Positions 13,840 to 15,722 of a stretch of 15,722 bases of DNA are shown piece after piece. The translations under genes were made by a program, and so were the position numbers. The stretch is from Candidatus Pacearchaeota archaeon (GTDB lineage Archaea; Nanobdellota; Nanobdellia; Pacearchaeales; GW2011-AR1). The notes under the pieces were generated by a model, which searched no databases, was not told the DNA's origin, and saw only the letters and a program-made list of their open reading frames with translations. The DNA lies in contig VGKP01000017.1 in NCBI GenBank assembly GCA_016866975.1, positions 1 to 15,722 on the forward strand. The letters are read 5' to 3'. Each line of letters starts with the position of its first letter. The stretch's first letter is position 1.

Positions 13840-15575
13840 AAATTCTTCTTTTCAAGCAAATACTCTCCTAACGCAAGATACTTTAAAGAAGAGTTCTCAA
13901 CTGTATGAAGTGCATCTTCAGGAGTAAGTACATTAGGTTCTCCGTGCAAATTGAATGATGTGTTCAATACCGCCCCTGTTCCTGTTAGTTTGCTGAAATG
14001 TTCGATAATTTCATAATAATCCTTATTGAATTCCTTGGTGACTATTTGTGGTCTAATTGTAAAATCATAAGGGTGCATTGCTGCAGGAAGTTTTTGCTGC
14101 GCAAGCGGCGTTGAGTCAAACGTAATTGCCATATAAGGAGAATCTATTTTTTTTGGATTAAGGATATACTTTTTCTCAAATTTATCTAGCATGCTGGGGG
14201 TGAAAGGCATCCAGAAATCCCTGTCCTTGATAGTCTCGTTCAAAATTCTTATTGTATCAGGATGAACAGGGTTTGCCAGAATAGACCTATTACCAAGGGC
14301 TCTTGCTCCCCACTCGCTTTTTCCAGAGCATCTTGCAACAATCTCCCCTTTAGCAAGAAGCTCAGCTATATCTTTGTTTATGTTCTTTGATTTCTTTATT
14401 ATGTAATTCTTGTAAATTCTGTTCTTTTTGATGAAGTTTTCTACATATCTTTCATCATATTCCGGCCCTAGATAGAGGTCTTTTATAGGTACAGGGGTAA
14501 AGTCCACTTCTTTAGAGAGTAACTTATAGCCGTACCAGCAGGCCCCCATCGCATTGCTCTCATCTCCACAGCTAGGCATGACAAATAGTTTTTCTACAGA
14601 AGCCAATTCAGATATTTTCTTGTTAGTCTTAACATTCATGAAAACTCCTCCGCCAAGTGCAACGTTGTGTACGCCTGTCTTTTTGATCATCTTCTCAATC
14701 CATTCACAGCATAGTTCTTCTGTAAGTCTCTGCACAGCCGCAGATATTGTGTCAAATCTTACATATTTCATCTCTCTTGTAAAGAAATGGTCCGCGAAAG
14801 GCATGCTGAACTTTGAGTGGAAAACTCCATTGGAATCTATGTTGAATAGAGACCTGAGTCTGCTGTATATCTTGTCGACATTTTCCTTTTTTGCATAAGG
14901 TGCAAGCCCCATTACCTTAAACTCGTGTTCTAATGGTTTCATGCCTAGGTAAAGTGTGGCAATACCATAAAAGTATCCTATAGAAGCAGTCTTTGAGCTT
15001 TGAGATATGACTTTTAAAGACTTTCCATCAAAAACATTTACTGAGGCGCACAATCCCGAACCTTCTCCATCCAAAGTAAATACTATCCATTCTTTCTTCT
15101 TATCCAGATTGCCGATAGTTGCAAAAGCATGCATAAGATGATGGTCAGTCACAACTATTTTATCGGAAGGAAAATCTAGTGCTTTTGAAATATCTCTTTT
15201 TATTTTTTCACGGTCTTCTTCTCTTTGTAACTGGGAATTCTTGAAACTATAATATTTGGAGAACGCTTTTGGATACTTGTACCCGAGATAAGAGAAGATA
15301 TTTCTAGCCTTGGATTTCTCAGTATATGCTTGAAAGAAGTTTCTTCCAAATTTTGGATCATTTATTACTTGATATTGGTCATCAAGTACTATTGAGTCTA
15401 TCTCATTCAATTTTATTCCAGCATCTTGCATTATCCATTGGATAGATTTGTAAGGTACCCCATGATGGTTCTTTATCCTGGTGAATCTTTCTTCACTAAC
15501 ACATCTTATTATCTTCCCATCTTTGAGTAACGCTGCTGTCGCGTTATGGCCTATGTTTAGTCCTAATATGTACAT
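13836..15575 (-). CDS. O-carbamoyltransferase, NodU/CmcH/TobZ family
   Basis: 'ILGLNIGHNATAALLKDG...EERFTRIK', 'DHHLMHA', 'LDGEG', 'EFKVMGLAPY', 'GGGVFMNVKTN', 'GDESNAMGA', 'EWGARALGNRSILA', 'RDFWMPFTPS', 'LNTSFNLHGEP'. Confidence 0.95.
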   Translation of the reverse strand: MYILGLNIGHNATAALLKDGKIIRCVSEERFTRIKNHHGVPYKSIQWIMQDAGIKLNEIDSIVLDDQYQVINDPKFGRNFFQAYTEKSKARNIFSYLGYKYPKAFSKYYSFKNSQLQREEDREKIKRDISKALDFPSDKIVVTDHHLMHAFATIGNLDKKKEWIVFTLDGEGSGLCASVNVFDGKSLKVISQSSKTASIGYFYGIATLYLGMKPLEHEFKVMGLAPYAKKENVDKIYSRLRSLFNIDSNGVFHSKFSMPFADHFFTREMKYVRFDTISAAVQRLTEELCCEWIEKMIKKTGVHNVALGGGVFMNVKTNKKISELASVEKLFVMPSCGDESNAMGACWYGYKLLSKEVDFTPVPIKDLYLGPEYDERYVENFIKKNRIYKNYIIKKSKNINKDIAELLAKGEIVARCSGKSEWGARALGNRSILANPVHPDTIRILNETIKDRDFWMPFTPSMLDKFEKKYILNPKKIDSPYMAITFDSTPLAQQKLPAAMHPYDFTIRPQIVTKEFNKDYYEIIEHFSKLTGTGAVLNTSFNLHGEPNVLTPEDALHTVENSSLKYLALGEYLLEKKNF

Positions 15576-15596
15576 AAAAAGTCTTCACTCTTTACC

Positions 15597-15604
15597 CTTA
15601 TAAG
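15597..15604 (-). promoter_or_regulatory. Archaeal-type TATA box CTTATAAG for the carbamoyltransferase
   Basis: Palindromic CTTATAAG preceded on the minus strand by GCAATA; last base 22 nt before the ATG at 15575. Confidence 0.7.
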
Positions 15605-15722
15605 TATTGCGTTACAGGAAATTCTATATGTTTTTATAATTAAATCTGTTCTTTTAGGAAATCTCTGACAAAACCTCTCCTTATTTTATCATGCTCCCTG
15701 ATACAATACTTTAGAGATAGGA

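Noticed and set aside
15640-15720. Possible 3' end of an upstream minus-strand gene (...LSLKYCIREHDKIRRGFVRDFLKEQI*)
   Set aside because: Only 26 open codons at the window edge with no motif; plausible but not supportable without flanking sequence.
1-15722. CRISPR arrays, tRNA/rRNA, IS elements, long direct repeats
   Set aside because: None seen by eye; the window is almost fully coding and the short intergenic gaps have no repeat-spacer pattern or cloverleaf.

Overview
A complete-looking block of a surface-glycan biosynthesis locus, most likely archaeal. Four transcription-unit starts have a TATA-like octamer ending exactly 22 nt before the ATG, which fits leaderless mRNAs; the lineage cannot be fixed from this window. 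Gene order: Wzx-type flippase (5'-truncated) -> minimal TPP-dependent E1-alpha/E1-beta pair -> His-type PLP/PMP C3-dehydratase (ColD-like, not a true aminotransferase) -> <- nucleotidyltransferase-CBS-GHMP kinase triple fusion (HddC/HddA-like) <- Cj1427-like NDP-sugar C4-dehydrogenase <- TIM-barrel gene broken by one in-frame TAA <- candidate 37-aa sORF <- tandem di-SDR <- GDP-fucose-synthase-like SDR <- DmhA/Gmd-like 4,6-dehydratase | CgeB-family glycosyltransferase -> <- NodU/CmcH carbamoyltransferase. My inference is that the locus makes an unusual GDP-linked (hept)ose that is 3,6-dideoxygenated and C-branched (yersiniose-like, but using a PDH-E1-like pair instead of YerE), and builds it into an O-carbamoylated glycan. 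All family assignments come from motif recognition and recalled sequences; no database search was run. No rRNA, tRNA, CRISPR array or mobile element was seen.
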